64,000 bases of DNA from an uncultured bacterium (GCA_902779565.1 CACZCD010000006.1:11413-75412), one strand, 5' to 3'. Positions 8,509 to 18,662 are shown, counted from the stretch's first letter. Notes: generated by a model from the sequence alone, not told the origin. Made by a program: numbers and translations.

Positions 8509-10301
8509 GAAAGGCAAGTGGATGTCTTGTTGGCGCGGCGGCGCTCGTCGCATTGGCGCTGTTTGGGTTCATCTGGACTTTCTGCCGCGTGTATGTGCCG
8601 GCGGGGTACATGGCGATCGTCACGGCGAAGACGGGCAAGCCGCTTCCGTCCGGGCGCATCCTTGCCGAACCGGGCGAGAAAGGCGTGCAGCGCGTACCCC
8701 TCGCGGAAGGGCGTCACTTCCTCAACCCGATCAACAACGACTGGCGGATTGTGCCGGTCATCACGGTTCCGGCGGGGAGCGTGGGCGTGGTGACGTCCAA
8801 GACCGGCAAGGAGCTCGCCGCCGGCGAGATTCTTGCGCCTGACGACGACTCGAAGGGTGTGTGGCGGCGCGTGCTCGGTCCGGGCACCTATCGGTTGAAC
8901 CCGGAAGGGTACGACGTGGAGGTGGTGAATGCGATCAACATCCCGATCGGCTACGCGGGCGTGGTGACATCACTCGCCGGAAAGCCCGCACCGGTGGGCA
9001 AGTTCGCCGGACCGGGAGAGAAAGGCGTGTTCGAGAAGATCCTTCAGCCCGGACTCTACTACGTGAACCCACGCGCGTATCAGGTGGACGTGGTGGAGAT
9101 CGGCATGAATCAGGTGTCGATCGTGGGCAAGAGCGGCACGGTGGTGCTCACCAAGGCGCAGTCCACGAGCGCCAACGGTCTCGCCGAACTGCAGCAGAAC
9201 ACGCTTCTGACGCAGAACGCGAAGCGGGCAGATTACATGAGCCGCAACGCCGACCTCGGCATCCTCAACGCGGAGGAGGCGCAGCTGAACTTGTCTCAGG
9301 CACCGCTCGGTTCGGCGGCGCGTGCGAAGGGGGCTCCCAAGAAGACGGCAAGCGTACAACAGCAAGGCGGACGGCCGTCGTATGGGAGGCAACAGCAGGG
9401 TTACAGGGCACCGACCCCGGCTGCCACAAAGCCGCCGGTTCAGACAAGCGATTCCGTCGCCTTCGGCATGAACCAGTTCGTGCAGTTTCCGTCGTCGGAC
9501 GGTTTCGCGATCATGCTCGACATGACGGTGGAGTTCGAGCTAATGCCTGAGAACATCTCGCGCATTTACATGCTCTACGGCGACCTGCCGGCCGTCGTCT
9601 CGAAGATCATCCTGCCGCAGATTCTCTCCGTCTCGCGCATGAAGGGCTCGGGCTACAAGGCGCGCGAGTTCATCGACGGCGAGGGACGCCAGAAGTTCCA
9701 GAAGGAGATGACGGACGAGCTCGTGAAGATCCTCGGCGAAAAGAGCATCCTCGTGCGCAACGCCATCGTGCGCCACGTGGAGGTGCCGTCGGACATCCTC
9801 CAGCCGATCCAGGAGACGAGCATCGCGAAGGAGCAGGACCTCACGAACAAGACTCAGCAGGAGACCGCGAAGAAACAGGCGAAACTCAACACGGAGCTCG
9901 CGATGGTGGACCAGCGCAAGCGCGAGACGGAGCAGGAGACGGAGAAGATCACCGCGACCATCGCCGCCGAGATGCGCAAGGATGTGGCCGGTATCGCCGC
10001 CGATGCGCAGCTGAAGGTGGCGGAGATCAACCTGAACGCTGCGAAGATACAGGCCGAGATCTCCCGGACGCGGGGCGAAGCCGAAGCCAAGGCGAAGTTT
10101 CTCGTGGAGAACGAAAAGGCACTCGGCGCCAAGCGGCGCGCAGACGTGTTCAAGGATGCCGGCACGCTCGCCGACCTGCAGTTCGTGGATTCGCTCAGCC
10201 CCAATCTCTCCATCCGCGTGCTGCATTCGGGCGAAGGCACGCTGTGGACGGATCTCAAGGGATCGTCACTCGCCCTCCCGTCAGCTTCCGGGAAGAAATG
10301 A
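8505..10301 (+). CDS. SPFH/band-7 paralog, translationally coupled (ATGA overlap)
   Basis: Same triplicated module, SPFH core and coiled coil as the upstream gene. Confidence 0.8.
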   Translation: MRKASGCLVGAAALVALALFGFIWTFCRVYVPAGYMAIVTAKTGKPLPSGRILAEPGEKGVQRVPLAEGRHFLNPINNDWRIVPVITVPAGSVGVVTSKTGKELAAGEILAPDDDSKGVWRRVLGPGTYRLNPEGYDVEVVNAINIPIGYAGVVTSLAGKPAPVGKFAGPGEKGVFEKILQPGLYYVNPRAYQVDVVEIGMNQVSIVGKSGTVVLTKAQSTSANGLAELQQNTLLTQNAKRADYMSRNADLGILNAEEAQLNLSQAPLGSAARAKGAPKKTASVQQQGGRPSYGRQQQGYRAPTPAATKPPVQTSDSVAFGMNQFVQFPSSDGFAIMLDMTVEFELMPENISRIYMLYGDLPAVVSKIILPQILSVSRMKGSGYKAREFIDGEGRQKFQKEMTDELVKILGEKSILVRNAIVRHVEVPSDILQPIQETSIAKEQDLTNKTQQETAKKQAKLNTELAMVDQRKRETEQETEKITATIAAEMRKDVAGIAADAQLKVAEINLNAAKIQAEISRTRGEAEAKAKFLVENEKALGAKRRADVFKDAGTLADLQFVDSLSPNLSIRVLHSGEGTLWTDLKGSSLALPSASGKK

Positions 10302-10348
10302 TTCCCTCGATTTTGCGAAATTCCCTTGTCTTTCCTTGTCATCTGGTT

Positions 10349-10359
10349 TTGTGGTATAA
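10349..10359 (+). promoter_or_regulatory. extended -10 TGTGGTATAAT, 8 nt before the ATG (leaderless-type)
   Basis: Motif recurs window-wide. Confidence 0.45.
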
Positions 10360-10368
10360 TTCCGAAGC

Positions 10369-11340
10369 ATGAAACACATCCTTTGTCTGATTTCGGCAGT
10401 TCTGCTGTGCGCGGCGACGGCACAGGCGGCGTGGTACTGGCCGTTCGGCAGCGATGAGGATTCGCCCGACCGTCCGCCGCGCCTGCACCGTCTGCTCGAA
10501 AACGCCAACGACCTCATCGAACAGGCCGAGGACGCGTCTCTCGACGGCGACGCCGAAAAGGCGCTGGAGCTTTACAACGCGGCGCTCACGAATCTTGTCG
10601 ATATCGCGAACCAGAATCCCGAGCGCGCCGAGAAGCCGGAGTTCGCGCCGCTCCGGAACAAGATCGCCGCCACCTCCGCCGCCATTGACTCGATCCGTTT
10701 CGCCCAGGTGAACCAGAACATCCGCGCCGTGGCCGTCACCGACACGACGGAGCTTCAGAAGAGGTACGATGCCGAGCAGGCGAAGAAGAAGGGATTGGAC
10801 AAGGTCCTTGAAAAGAAGGAGGAACCTGAGGCGAAGAAGGACGATGTCCCGACAAAGGAACCGGTCGCGGAACCTGTGAAGAAACCCGCCGAGCCGGCGC
10901 CCGCCGAGTCGCCGCCCGCCGCGCCGCCTAAGCCGTCTGCCGCCCCGAAGTCCGTCCTCGCCCCGGCGTCCGAGCCGGCGCCCGCCACGATTGCGGTGTT
11001 CGACGAGAAGATCCAGCTTGCGATCAAGGAACTGAAGGCGAAAGACTATGCGGCGGCCGATCTGCTGTTGGAGGAGCTGGAGAAGGAGCGCAAGGGGGAC
11101 CTCAATGTGCTGATCCTGCGCGCCGCCGCGCAGAACGGGATGAAGTACCATCTTGCCGCGCGCCGTACGCTCGAGAAGGCGATGCGCGCGCATCCGAAGA
11201 GCTATCTGCCCTACTACAACCTCGCCTATCTTATGTTCAAGCTTGAGGATGAAGGGGTGGAAAGTGCTCGCCAATACTATGAGCTCGGACGCGCCCTCGG
11301 CGGTCCCATGGATGAGAGAATTGAAAGTCGGTTGAAATGA
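10369..11340 (+). CDS. secreted hypothetical protein (signal peptide, helical/TPR-like, Pro/Ala/Lys-rich linker)
   Basis: N-terminal MKHILCLISAVLLCAATAQA signal peptide. Confidence 0.6.
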   Translation: MKHILCLISAVLLCAATAQAAWYWPFGSDEDSPDRPPRLHRLLENANDLIEQAEDASLDGDAEKALELYNAALTNLVDIANQNPERAEKPEFAPLRNKIAATSAAIDSIRFAQVNQNIRAVAVTDTTELQKRYDAEQAKKKGLDKVLEKKEEPEAKKDDVPTKEPVAEPVKKPAEPAPAESPPAAPPKPSAAPKSVLAPASEPAPATIAVFDEKIQLAIKELKAKDYAAADLLLEELEKERKGDLNVLILRAAAQNGMKYHLAARRTLEKAMRAHPKSYLPYYNLAYLMFKLEDEGVESARQYYELGRALGGPMDERIESRLK

Positions 11341-11945
11341 TTGCGCTGCTCTTTTTCTGCTCGGCGATGGATATCCTCGCCAACTGCCGTGCCATGCTGC
11401 CGGCGGAACCCGTCGTCCTGACGGGCGAGATCGTGTTGCGCAACCGGAAGGGCATTCCGTCGGGTGAGTACGACTATACGCTCCGCGCCGACCGCACGGC
11501 CACGCCCGCGAGGCTTGCGCTTGAGTTCCGGGAGCATGACACGACAAATGTGCTTGAGAAGATTGAGATCCTGCGCCCGGGACCGGTCCCCGAGGGTCGC
11601 GTGCTGAAGACGGACGTGACATGGCTCGATCTCACGCTCGACTTCCTCTGGTGGCCGAAGGCCGAGTATGAGGCGGACCGCGAGGGCGAATCCGTCCATG
11701 GCCAGAAGTGCGATGTGATTCTCATCTCGAACGGCGACCGGCAGGTGCGGGCGTGGTGCGACAAAAAGACGGGCTGTCTGATGCAGGCCGAGGAGTTGAA
11801 GGAGGGCAAGCCGCGACGGCGACTCTGGGGGACGCGCATCAAGAAATTCGACGGCCGCTGGTTCCCCAATGTGTTGGAGGTGGAGACGCTCGGTTCCGGC
11901 CACCGCACGAAGATTCTCGTGGACCGTCTGGAGGTTGGACGATAA
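11337..11945 (+). CDS. hypothetical protein, possibly LolA-like lipoprotein-sorting fold
   Basis: ATGA-coupled to the upstream gene; 202 aa; weak pattern only. Confidence 0.45.
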   Translation: MIALLFFCSAMDILANCRAMLPAEPVVLTGEIVLRNRKGIPSGEYDYTLRADRTATPARLALEFREHDTTNVLEKIEILRPGPVPEGRVLKTDVTWLDLTLDFLWWPKAEYEADREGESVHGQKCDVILISNGDRQVRAWCDKKTGCLMQAEELKEGKPRRRLWGTRIKKFDGRWFPNVLEVETLGSGHRTKILVDRLEVGR

Positions 11946-12034
11946 GAGGTAGGCGGTTTGCGGCAGAGGATTTGATGGGTTGCGTGGGTGCGCACTCATC
12001 ATGTTCGAAAACTCAAAACAAAGGAAACACAGAA

Positions 12035-12499
12035 ATGAAGAAACTGATGATGGCGGCGGCGCTTGCGGCTCTTGCCTGCGGCTGCGTGACGGTCAACAAG
12101 AATGATGGCGGCGATGCCTGCCTGAAACCGAAAATCTGCAAGGATTGCGTGCATGAGAAGTACACGGTCGCCCAGCAGCCTGTCACGGCCAAGTCCACGG
12201 CTATCGGCATCTGCGGACTGTTTGTGATTGGCGATCCCGAAGTCACGCATTTCTCGGATCAGACATGTGACAGGTTCCTGTTTGGGTCCGCTGGAGCGGC
12301 AAAGAATGGGGCCTACTCCAAGGCCTGCGATGCGGCGAAGTGCGATTCCATCGTTGGCGCGCGCTACACGCTTACCAGGACGAATTACTTCGTCTATGAC
12401 ACCTCTACGGTTGAGCTTACCGGCTATCCGGCCAAGCTGACGGGTGTCGAGCTGATCTCCGCGCCCTGCTGCTGCAAGCCGGGCTGCGACAAGAAGTAA
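12035..12499 (+). CDS. Cys-rich lipoprotein (14 Cys, lipobox LAALACGC, C-terminal CCCKPGCDKK)
   Basis: Internal ATG with an AAAGGA RBS; ORF track N-terminal extension rejected. Confidence 0.6.
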   Translation: MKKLMMAAALAALACGCVTVNKNDGGDACLKPKICKDCVHEKYTVAQQPVTAKSTAIGICGLFVIGDPEVTHFSDQTCDRFLFGSAGAAKNGAYSKACDAAKCDSIVGARYTLTRTNYFVYDTSTVELTGYPAKLTGVELISAPCCCKPGCDKK

Positions 12500-12516
12500 T
12501 CCTTGTTGCAGATCTG

Positions 12517-12552
12517 AAAAAGGCCGTCTCCGCGAGGGGACGGCTTTTTTGG
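12517..12552 (+). terminator. rho-independent terminator GGCCGTCTCC-GCGA-GGGGACGGC-TTTTTT
   Basis: GC stem plus T-run immediately after the lipoprotein gene; overlaps the next promoter. Confidence 0.7.
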
Positions 12553-12566
12553 TATAATACGCGCCA
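12548..12566 (+). promoter_or_regulatory. promoter TTTTGGTATAATACGCGCC
   Basis: Consensus motif 4 nt upstream of the ATG at 12570 (leaderless-type). Confidence 0.45.
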
Positions 12567-12569
12567 TCT

Positions 12570-14264
12570 ATGAGAGATATTCTGCTCGTTCTCGTGACGG
12601 TGCTTGGCGGCCTCGGAGTCTTCCTCCTGGGGATGAAGCATCTTTCCGAGGGGCTTCAGGCGGTCGCGGGGCGGGAGCTCCGCCGGTTCATGGCGCTTGC
12701 CACGACGCATCGCATCGCGGGCGTCGGGACGGGCATCATTTCGACAATTCTCGTTCAGTCCTCGTCGATCATCTCCGTGATGCTGGTGGGGTTCGTCTCG
12801 TCGGGGCTGATGACGCTCCAGCAGGCGATCAACGTGATCATCGGCGCGAACATCGGCACCACGGCGACGGTCTGGATTGTCGCCTTTGCGCCGGATCCTC
12901 AGATCATCGGGCTTGTCGGCCTCGGGCTGGGCGGCATGCTGTATTTCTTTTTCCGCCGCGAGAGTGTCCACAACCTCGGTTTGGCGATTCTCGGCCTCGG
13001 TCTCGTGTTCCTCGGCATGTACTTCATGTCCAAAGGCGTCATGCCCATCCGGCAGAACCCTGACATCCAGGCGGCGTTCGCCCGGTTGGGGGCGACAACG
13101 CTGGGAGACGTCGCGCTCGTCGCGCTGGCGGCGGTGGTCTTCACGGCCGTCGTCCAGAGTTCGGCGGCCTCCATCGCCATCGGCATGACGCTGGCGGCGC
13201 AGCAGCTCATCACCTACGAAATGGCCATCGCCGTGCTGTTTGGCGCGAACATCGGCACCACGATGACCGCCTGGCTGGCCGCCATCGGCGGATCGGCGGC
13301 GGCGAAGCGGACGGCGCTCGCGCACACGCTCTCGAACATCATCGGGTCCGTCCTGTTCCTGCCGTTCGTGCTGCCGGTGTTTGTGCCGATGGGCAAGGCG
13401 CTCTTCCCTCACTGGAATGTGGTGACCGAAACGGCCAAGGGCCCCATGCTGCTCGGCGTGATGGCGCCGATTGCCGTCACCGACACGATCTTCTCCGTGC
13501 TGCGCGGACTCCTCTTCTTCCCGTTCGTGCAGCCGTTTGCGGCGTTGGTCGAGCGGATTGTGCCGCAGAAGGAGGAGGAGAAACCGCATCTCTCCGTGCT
13601 TAAGATCGGCGTGAAGCTATCGCCGATTATCGCCTGCGACCAGGCGCTTCTCGAGATTCAGTTCATGCGCGAGTCCAACATCGACCTCCTGGAATGCGCG
13701 CGCAAGGTGCTCGCCGGCGAATCGGACGAAGCTGACGAACGCCACATCATCCACCGCGAGGGCATCCTCGACAACGTGCAGCGCGAGGTGACGGAGTTTC
13801 TCGGCAGCATCATGACGAAACGACTGCCGCAGGACGTCGCGGAGCGCGCGCGCCGTCTGCTGCGTCTCACCGACGAGCTGGAGTCCGTCTCCGACGAGGC
13901 GGCGCAGATTCTCAAGGTGATCAAGCGCCTGCGCAAGCAGGGACAGAAGATCTCGGATGTTTCGGCGGCCCTGCTGCTTGAGGTGTTCGATCGCGTCTAT
14001 GCGTTCGCCGAGAAGGTGACGCCGTGGATCCGGTCGCCGCGTCCGACGATCGACATCGAGGCGGTGCAGGCCGAATCGACGGAGATCCACGAGTTCATCC
14101 GCGGTTGCCGCCGCACGCAGCTCGGGCGCGTGGGGCCGGACGATCCCGACTCGCCGCTGCGCGTGTTGGGCGAGCTGGACATCATCAACGCCTGCGAGCG
14201 CGTGCGCGCCTATTACCTGAACATCGCCGAAACCCTTGCCGGCGGTAAGAAGTTGGACGACTAG
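12570..14264 (+). CDS. Na+/phosphate cotransporter family protein with PhoU-like C-terminal domain
   Basis: Two Na/Pi-cotransporter repeats (QSSS, GANIGTT motifs) plus a soluble PhoU-like tail. Confidence 0.85.
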   Translation: MRDILLVLVTVLGGLGVFLLGMKHLSEGLQAVAGRELRRFMALATTHRIAGVGTGIISTILVQSSSIISVMLVGFVSSGLMTLQQAINVIIGANIGTTATVWIVAFAPDPQIIGLVGLGLGGMLYFFFRRESVHNLGLAILGLGLVFLGMYFMSKGVMPIRQNPDIQAAFARLGATTLGDVALVALAAVVFTAVVQSSAASIAIGMTLAAQQLITYEMAIAVLFGANIGTTMTAWLAAIGGSAAAKRTALAHTLSNIIGSVLFLPFVLPVFVPMGKALFPHWNVVTETAKGPMLLGVMAPIAVTDTIFSVLRGLLFFPFVQPFAALVERIVPQKEEEKPHLSVLKIGVKLSPIIACDQALLEIQFMRESNIDLLECARKVLAGESDEADERHIIHREGILDNVQREVTEFLGSIMTKRLPQDVAERARRLLRLTDELESVSDEAAQILKVIKRLRKQGQKISDVSAALLLEVFDRVYAFAEKVTPWIRSPRPTIDIEAVQAESTEIHEFIRGCRRTQLGRVGPDDPDSPLRVLGELDIINACERVRAYYLNIAETLAGGKKLDD

Positions 14265-14274
14265 GGTTCTGCGC

Positions 14275-15534
14275 ATGATCGAGCTGCTGACCCTGCCGCC
14301 GCTGTTCGTTTTGTCGGCGTTCTTCTCCGGATCCGAGACCGTGCTCTTTTCGCTCACCGGCTCGCAGCGTGCGCGTATCCGGGAGCGCAACCCGAAGGCC
14401 GATGCGCGGATCTCCCGCTGCCTCTCCGACAAGGCGGTGCTGTTCTCCACGCTGCTCGTGGGAAACACGTTCGTCAACTTCATCATCTCGACCGTCGGCT
14501 ACTGTCTTTTCGACAACCTCGGCTTCGACGGCAGTGGACTTCTCGCGCTTCCGGTGATGACCCTGCTGCTCCTCCTCTTCGGGGAGATCACGCCGAAGCG
14601 TCTCGCCCTGCGGTACGCGGAGGAGGTTGCGCCGTTCTGTGCCCGCCTCCTGTGGTTCTGGCGCACGATCCTCTCGCCGTTCAACTTCATCCTGCGCTTC
14701 ACCTCGCGCGCCTTCGCCGCCGCGCTTGAACGCGAGCGCCGTGCGCTCTCCGACGATGAACTCGTCTCGGTGATGGAGGCGGCGGCCGAACACGGCGACG
14801 TGACGGCCGCGGACGCGCAGATGGTGGAGGGCGTGCTGCGGCTTTCGGAACTGTGCGCCAACGACGAGATGACGCCGCGCGTCGATATCGTGGGCTACGA
14901 CATCGATTTGGATGAAACCGCCCGCGCCGCCGCGCTCGCGGGCGCGAAGCACAGCCATCTGCCGGTGTTCCGCCGCACGCCGGATGCCATCGAGGGTGTG
15001 ATCGAGGTGGCGACGGGCAAGATCGAGGATGCGCTTTTCGTTCCCGAAACCGTCACGCTCGACGACCTGCTCGCCACCTTCGCCAAGAGCCGCAAGCAGC
15101 TCGCGGTGGTGCTGGACGAATACGGCGGCACGGCGGGCATCATCACGCCCAACGACATTCTGGAGCTGATCGTCGGACCCGGTGTGTTCGCGAACCCTGA
15201 CGAGGAGCCGGCCATCGTCCGGAAGGGCCCAAACGTTTGGGAGATCGATGCGCGCGCGAGCATCGACGAGATCAACCGCGCCCTCGATGTCGAGCTGGAA
15301 GCGGAAGATGCCGACCGCCTTTCCGGCTGGGTGCAGTTCCATGCTGAGCGGATCCCGCATGTCGGGCAGGAGATTGAGGCCGATGGTTGCCGCGCCACGG
15401 TGCTGAAACGCCGTCGCCGCCGTGTGACGCAGGTGCGGCTGGAGGTGCTGAAGCGTGCCGCCGCCGGCACGGACGAGGAGATCGTGGCCGAGACCGACGA
15501 GGCGGTGCGGCGCACCGAGGAGGACAACGAATGA
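14275..15534 (+). CDS. HlyC/CorC family transporter (DUF21, CBS pair, CorC_HlyC)
   Basis: Domain order typical of the family. Confidence 0.85.
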   Translation: MIELLTLPPLFVLSAFFSGSETVLFSLTGSQRARIRERNPKADARISRCLSDKAVLFSTLLVGNTFVNFIISTVGYCLFDNLGFDGSGLLALPVMTLLLLLFGEITPKRLALRYAEEVAPFCARLLWFWRTILSPFNFILRFTSRAFAAALERERRALSDDELVSVMEAAAEHGDVTAADAQMVEGVLRLSELCANDEMTPRVDIVGYDIDLDETARAAALAGAKHSHLPVFRRTPDAIEGVIEVATGKIEDALFVPETVTLDDLLATFAKSRKQLAVVLDEYGGTAGIITPNDILELIVGPGVFANPDEEPAIVRKGPNVWEIDARASIDEINRALDVELEAEDADRLSGWVQFHAERIPHVGQEIEADGCRATVLKRRRRRVTQVRLEVLKRAAAGTDEEIVAETDEAVRRTEEDNE

Positions 15535-16184
15535 TCGTGGTTCTCCTGATTCTCGCCGCTGTGGCGATGCTGGCCCTCACGGCGTTCTGCGCCGGCGCGG
15601 AGACGGCTTTCCTTTCCGTGAGCCGCGAACGGATCCTGCATCTTGCGCGCGAAGGCGGAAAGAAGGCGAAGGTCGTCCAGAAGGCGCTGGCCGCGATGCC
15701 GCGCACGATGACCACATTGCTCATCGGCAGCAACCTTGCGAGCGTGGCGTACTCTTGCGCCATGGCGGAATTGGCCGAGGAGTTCTTCCAGAACCGCGCG
15801 GCGGCGAGCGCCCTCTGGAGCTTCAGCGCGGCATTTACGATCCTCTATGTCGCCGAATTTCTGCCGAAGATGCTGTGTGCGGCGCGTCCGCTCCGGCGGG
15901 TGCTGACGATGGCACCCGCCTATCGGGTGCTGAATGCGGTTTTGCGTCCGCTCACGGCGCTCGGCATGAAGCTCACGGATCTGTTCGTGCCGCGCAAGGA
16001 GGCGAAATCCCGCCTCACCTCAGCTGATCTTCTGCGCATTCTTCAGGACCGCAAGGATGGCGTGTGCCTCTCGGATATCGAGAGCGCGCTCATCACACGG
16101 ATCGTCGTTTTGCGTGTCAAGGGCAAGCCCATCACGCCGGAGGCGATCCTCTCGGCGCTTCGTGAGGACGAGGCGACGGAATGA
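15531..16184 (+). CDS. DUF21 (CNNM transmembrane) domain protein
   Basis: ATGA-coupled; 217 aa TM-only paralog. Confidence 0.6.
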   Translation: MIVVLLILAAVAMLALTAFCAGAETAFLSVSRERILHLAREGGKKAKVVQKALAAMPRTMTTLLIGSNLASVAYSCAMAELAEEFFQNRAAASALWSFSAAFTILYVAEFLPKMLCAARPLRRVLTMAPAYRVLNAVLRPLTALGMKLTDLFVPRKEAKSRLTSADLLRILQDRKDGVCLSDIESALITRIVVLRVKGKPITPEAILSALREDEATE

Positions 16185-17644
16185 ACGAGGTGCTGAAAGA
16201 ACGGCTGAAGACCGTGCCGAACAAGCCCGGCTGCTACCTGATGCGGGACAGCCGTGGCGTGATTATTTACGTCGGCAAGGCGAAGAATCTCCGCAAGCGT
16301 GTGCTGAGCTATTTCCGCCCCGGCGCGCATCACGCGCCGAAGGTGCGGTCGATGGTGCACACCGTCGCCGACCTCGAGTTCATGACGGTGAAGAACGAGG
16401 CGGAAGCGCTGCTCACCGAGGCTTCGCTCATCAAGAAGTACAAGCCGCACTTCAACATCCTCATGCGGGACGACAAACGCTACCTCGCGTTGCGGGCCGA
16501 TCCGCTGCAGGACTTCCCGATGTTCACGACATGCCGTATCGTTCGAGACGACGGCGCGTTCTACTTTGGCCCCTTTCCGTCCGCGCCGGTGGTGCGGGCG
16601 GCGAAGGATTTCGTGGAGAAGCATTACGGTCTGCGCGGCTGCAAGTGCCTTACGCCGGATGCGGAGGCGAAGCGGCACTGCATGGCTGATAAGATCCGCT
16701 ACTGCACCGCGCCGTGTCTGGGACGCATTTCGCCGGACGATTACCGCGAACGCTTCAACGAGGCTTGTTCGTTTCTGCGCGGGGACCGTCCGCAGGTGAT
16801 TGGCGAATTGGTGGAGGAAATGACGTCCGCCGCCGACGAGAACGATTTTGAGAAGGCGGCGCGTCTCAGGGACACCATCGCGGCGTTGAAGGAGATGACG
16901 AAGCGGCATTTCGTGCGGAAGGCACCCGAGATGCACCGGACGGACGCGCAGAAGGGGCTTGAGGAACTGGCGGTGGCGCTGAAGCTCGAAAAGCCGCCGC
17001 ACGTGATCGAGTGCGTCGATATCTCGAATCTCTTCGGCACGCACTCCGTCGCCTCTCTCGTCGTGGCGATCGATGGTCTGCCTGACCGCCGCTACTACCG
17101 TCATTTCCGCATCGAGACGGTTGAGGGTGCGGATGATCCGCGCAGCATGGCGGAGATCGTGCGGCGGCGCTATGGACCGGAATCGTCCCTCACGGCAAAG
17201 TCGCCGCGCGCCGATCTTTTCATCTGCGACGGCGGCATTACGCAGCTGCGCGCGGCACGGGCGGCGTTCCGGGAGATCGGCGTGACGGACATCCCGACGG
17301 TGGGGCTTGCCGAACGGATGGAAATCCTTGTCACGGACGATGCGCGCGGCGATATCTTCCTGCCGCGTGATTCGCAGGGACTGTTCGTGGCGACGCGGCT
17401 CCGCGATGAGGCACACCGGTTCGCGATCACCTATCACCGTTCATTGCGTGAACGGACGATCCGCGAGTCAGTTTTGGACGAAATCCCTGGCATTGGCGCG
17501 GCGAAGAAGATCGCGCTTCTGAAGAGATTCCATTCCACGCGCGGTATCGCAAAGGCATCGGTCGAGGAGATCGCCGCCGTCGCCGCCGTGAACGAAACGA
17601 TCGCGACGCAGGTCAAGAACGCCTGTTCCTCGGTCGGTGGTTAG
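16181..17644 (+). CDS. uvrC: excinuclease ABC subunit C, short form
   Basis: GIY-YIG N-terminus (YLMRD..GVIIYVGKAKNLRKR), UvrC endonuclease domain, C-terminal HhH. Confidence 0.85.
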   Translation: MNEVLKERLKTVPNKPGCYLMRDSRGVIIYVGKAKNLRKRVLSYFRPGAHHAPKVRSMVHTVADLEFMTVKNEAEALLTEASLIKKYKPHFNILMRDDKRYLALRADPLQDFPMFTTCRIVRDDGAFYFGPFPSAPVVRAAKDFVEKHYGLRGCKCLTPDAEAKRHCMADKIRYCTAPCLGRISPDDYRERFNEACSFLRGDRPQVIGELVEEMTSAADENDFEKAARLRDTIAALKEMTKRHFVRKAPEMHRTDAQKGLEELAVALKLEKPPHVIECVDISNLFGTHSVASLVVAIDGLPDRRYYRHFRIETVEGADDPRSMAEIVRRRYGPESSLTAKSPRADLFICDGGITQLRAARAAFREIGVTDIPTVGLAERMEILVTDDARGDIFLPRDSQGLFVATRLRDEAHRFAITYHRSLRERTIRESVLDEIPGIGAAKKIALLKRFHSTRGIAKASVEEIAAVAAVNETIATQVKNACSSVGG

Positions 17645-17677
17645 TCCTTTCGCAGGCGAATAGAAACCCACATTTGG

Positions 17678-17696
17678 GAATTGTGCTATAATTCCG
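17678..17696 (+). promoter_or_regulatory. promoter TTGTGCTATAATTCCGCGCC
   Basis: Consensus motif. Confidence 0.4.
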
Positions 17697-17700
17697 CGCC

Positions 17701-18534
17701 GTGAAAAGCATGCTAGTCATAGCGGGGACGGGAGTCTATCCCGAGCTTGTGGTGCGCGGGGCGAAAGCCGCCGGTGTGCCGAGGGTGGATGTGCTGGCGG
17801 TGCGCGGTTCCGCGAGCCGGGCCACGATGCGGGCGGCGGATGGCGTCCAGGTGTTCGGCATCGGCGAAATCGTCGCTGCGATCCGCTGGGTCGCGGCGCA
17901 GGGGTACGATGGCGCGGTGTTGGCGGGGCAGATCAATCCGCTTTCGCTTTTCCGCACCCGCTTTGACGAGGAGGTGAAGGAGTGGCTCCGTTCCATGCCC
18001 TCCAAGAATGCGCACACCATCTTTGGCAAGCTTGTCGCGGAGTTCGAGAAGGCGGGCGTACGGATGCTGCCTGCCACCTCCTACATGGAATCCTGCCTGC
18101 CAGGCGAAGGCGTGCTGACGGCGCGTGCGCCGGATGCGCGCGAGGCGAAGGACATCGCCTACGGCGCCGTGATCGTCCGGGACATGGGGCGGCACGATGT
18201 GGGACAGACCGTTCTCGTGAAGGAGGGCATGGTGTTGGCCGTCGAGGCGTTTGAGGGAACGAACGCGGCCATCAAGCGTGGCGGCAAGTTGGGCGGCAAG
18301 GGCGCGGTGGTCTTCAAGGGGGCGCGCGAGGGGCATGACATGCGTTTCGATGTGCCCGTAATGGGACTCAAAACGGTGAAAGTGATGAAAAGCGCCGGCG
18401 TCACGGCGCTGGCGTTCCAGGCCGGCCGGCAGATTGTGCTCGAAAAGGAAGCGGTCGTCAATTACGCCAACCGGCACGGCATTGCCCTTATTGGCGTCAA
18501 GACCGATCTCCCCCCCGCACCGACACGCCCCTAG
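17701..18534 (+). CDS. DUF1009/LpxI-family protein (candidate UDP-2,3-diacylglucosamine hydrolase)
   Basis: Size and pattern resemble LpxI; low certainty. Confidence 0.5.
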   Translation: MKSMLVIAGTGVYPELVVRGAKAAGVPRVDVLAVRGSASRATMRAADGVQVFGIGEIVAAIRWVAAQGYDGAVLAGQINPLSLFRTRFDEEVKEWLRSMPSKNAHTIFGKLVAEFEKAGVRMLPATSYMESCLPGEGVLTARAPDAREAKDIAYGAVIVRDMGRHDVGQTVLVKEGMVLAVEAFEGTNAAIKRGGKLGGKGAVVFKGAREGHDMRFDVPVMGLKTVKVMKSAGVTALAFQAGRQIVLEKEAVVNYANRHGIALIGVKTDLPPAPTRP

Positions 18535-18638
18535 TCAGACGGGTGCCGGTCTGCCGACCACATGGTATCCCTCACAGTGAAAAAATAGATTGATTTTCGG
18601 TCTGATGTTCCGCATATTGATCGTTTGTGGTATAATTT

Positions 18639-18656
18639 CCCGCCAACAATCAAGGA
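18639..18656 (+). promoter_or_regulatory. promoter TTGTGGTATAATTTCCCGCC
   Basis: Consensus motif upstream of the RND operon. Confidence 0.45.
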
Positions 18657-18662
18657 GAGACG

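Noticed and set aside
11708-12034. N-terminal 109-aa extension of the Cys-rich lipoprotein ORF
   Set aside because: It overlaps the upstream gene's 3' end and lacks a signal peptide. The internal ATG at 12035 has an RBS and a lipobox.
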